DNA of 62,970 bases, counting the filler, from Chrysochromulina tobinii (lineage: Eukaryota): NCBI GenBank assembly GCA_001275005.1. It is 7 parts of 7 records of this genome, joined end to end, with 100 filler letters (N's around TTAATTAATTAA, not from the genome) between each part and the next. Parts side by side here need not be neighbours in the genome. Positions count along the whole stretch, not along the records: positions 57,952 to 62,970 come from JWZX01000729.1; 6 more parts are not named here. One strand, written 5' to 3'. A program made the position numbers and the translations under genes. The notes below the pieces were generated by a model, which ran no database searches, had not been told where the DNA came from, and saw nothing but the letters and a program-made list of their open reading frames with translations. This document shows positions 62,606 through 62,970 of this stretch, in pieces (the first letter of the stretch is position 1; each line of letters begins with the position of its first letter).

Positions 62606-62970
62606 GTGCGAGCATCCTGATGGCGCTCGCAATCTCCTCCTTGGCATGCGCTGTGGACGCGTCTTGGGCTCTCTCCGGCTTGCATGCAGATGGCGGATGG
62701 CGCTCGCAATCTCCTCCTTGGCATGCAAGTCTACGACGAGGAGCGCGAGGAGGGGGTGGTACTCCGAGCATCGCGGGCGCCATCTGCGCCATCTGCAGCT
62801 TCCGAAGGCGTAGGCGCGCCAGCGATCGCACGTGCCGATGGCGCGCTCCTGGGCGCGTGCCGGTGCCGCGTGGGGTCGCCATCCGCGCATCGCCATCTTC
62901 GGCCAACCGACGGCAAAGCGGGCGCCGCCAACGCGTGCTCCCAGACGGCGAGGGCACGCCATGCGCGTGC

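Overview
GC-rich eukaryotic nuclear DNA, most likely a haptophyte alga (Chrysochromulina-like). This assignment is inferred from composition, intron style and gene families, not proven. The window is seven unrelated contigs joined by artificial 100-nt N/TTAATTAATTAA spacers, so gene neighbourhoods are meaningful only within a contig. It holds about 25 protein genes or pseudogenes: mitochondrial carrier, MIOX pseudogene, UIM-ADP-ribosyltransferase, bacterial-type VOC protein, MPP6, 2OG oxygenases, Cof-HAD, LRR-CHAT-STAND NTPase, beta-helix surface protein, PX protein, GT23 fucosyltransferase, C69 dipeptidase, FAD monooxygenase, a degenerate HDAC, MYB, GH89 and an EF-hand/IQ membrane protein. 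It also holds an internally deleted hAT element with an 8-bp TSD and a MULE-like element with 150-bp TIRs. The strongest candidate for a new system is a recurrent intron architecture seen five times in three genes on two contigs. Each intron is a 10-46 nt copy of the downstream exon start, which supplies the GT donor, followed by a short cassette (two of three types seen twice) that supplies the branch point and AG. This points to a scarless intron-generating mechanism without TIRs and with variable-length target duplications.
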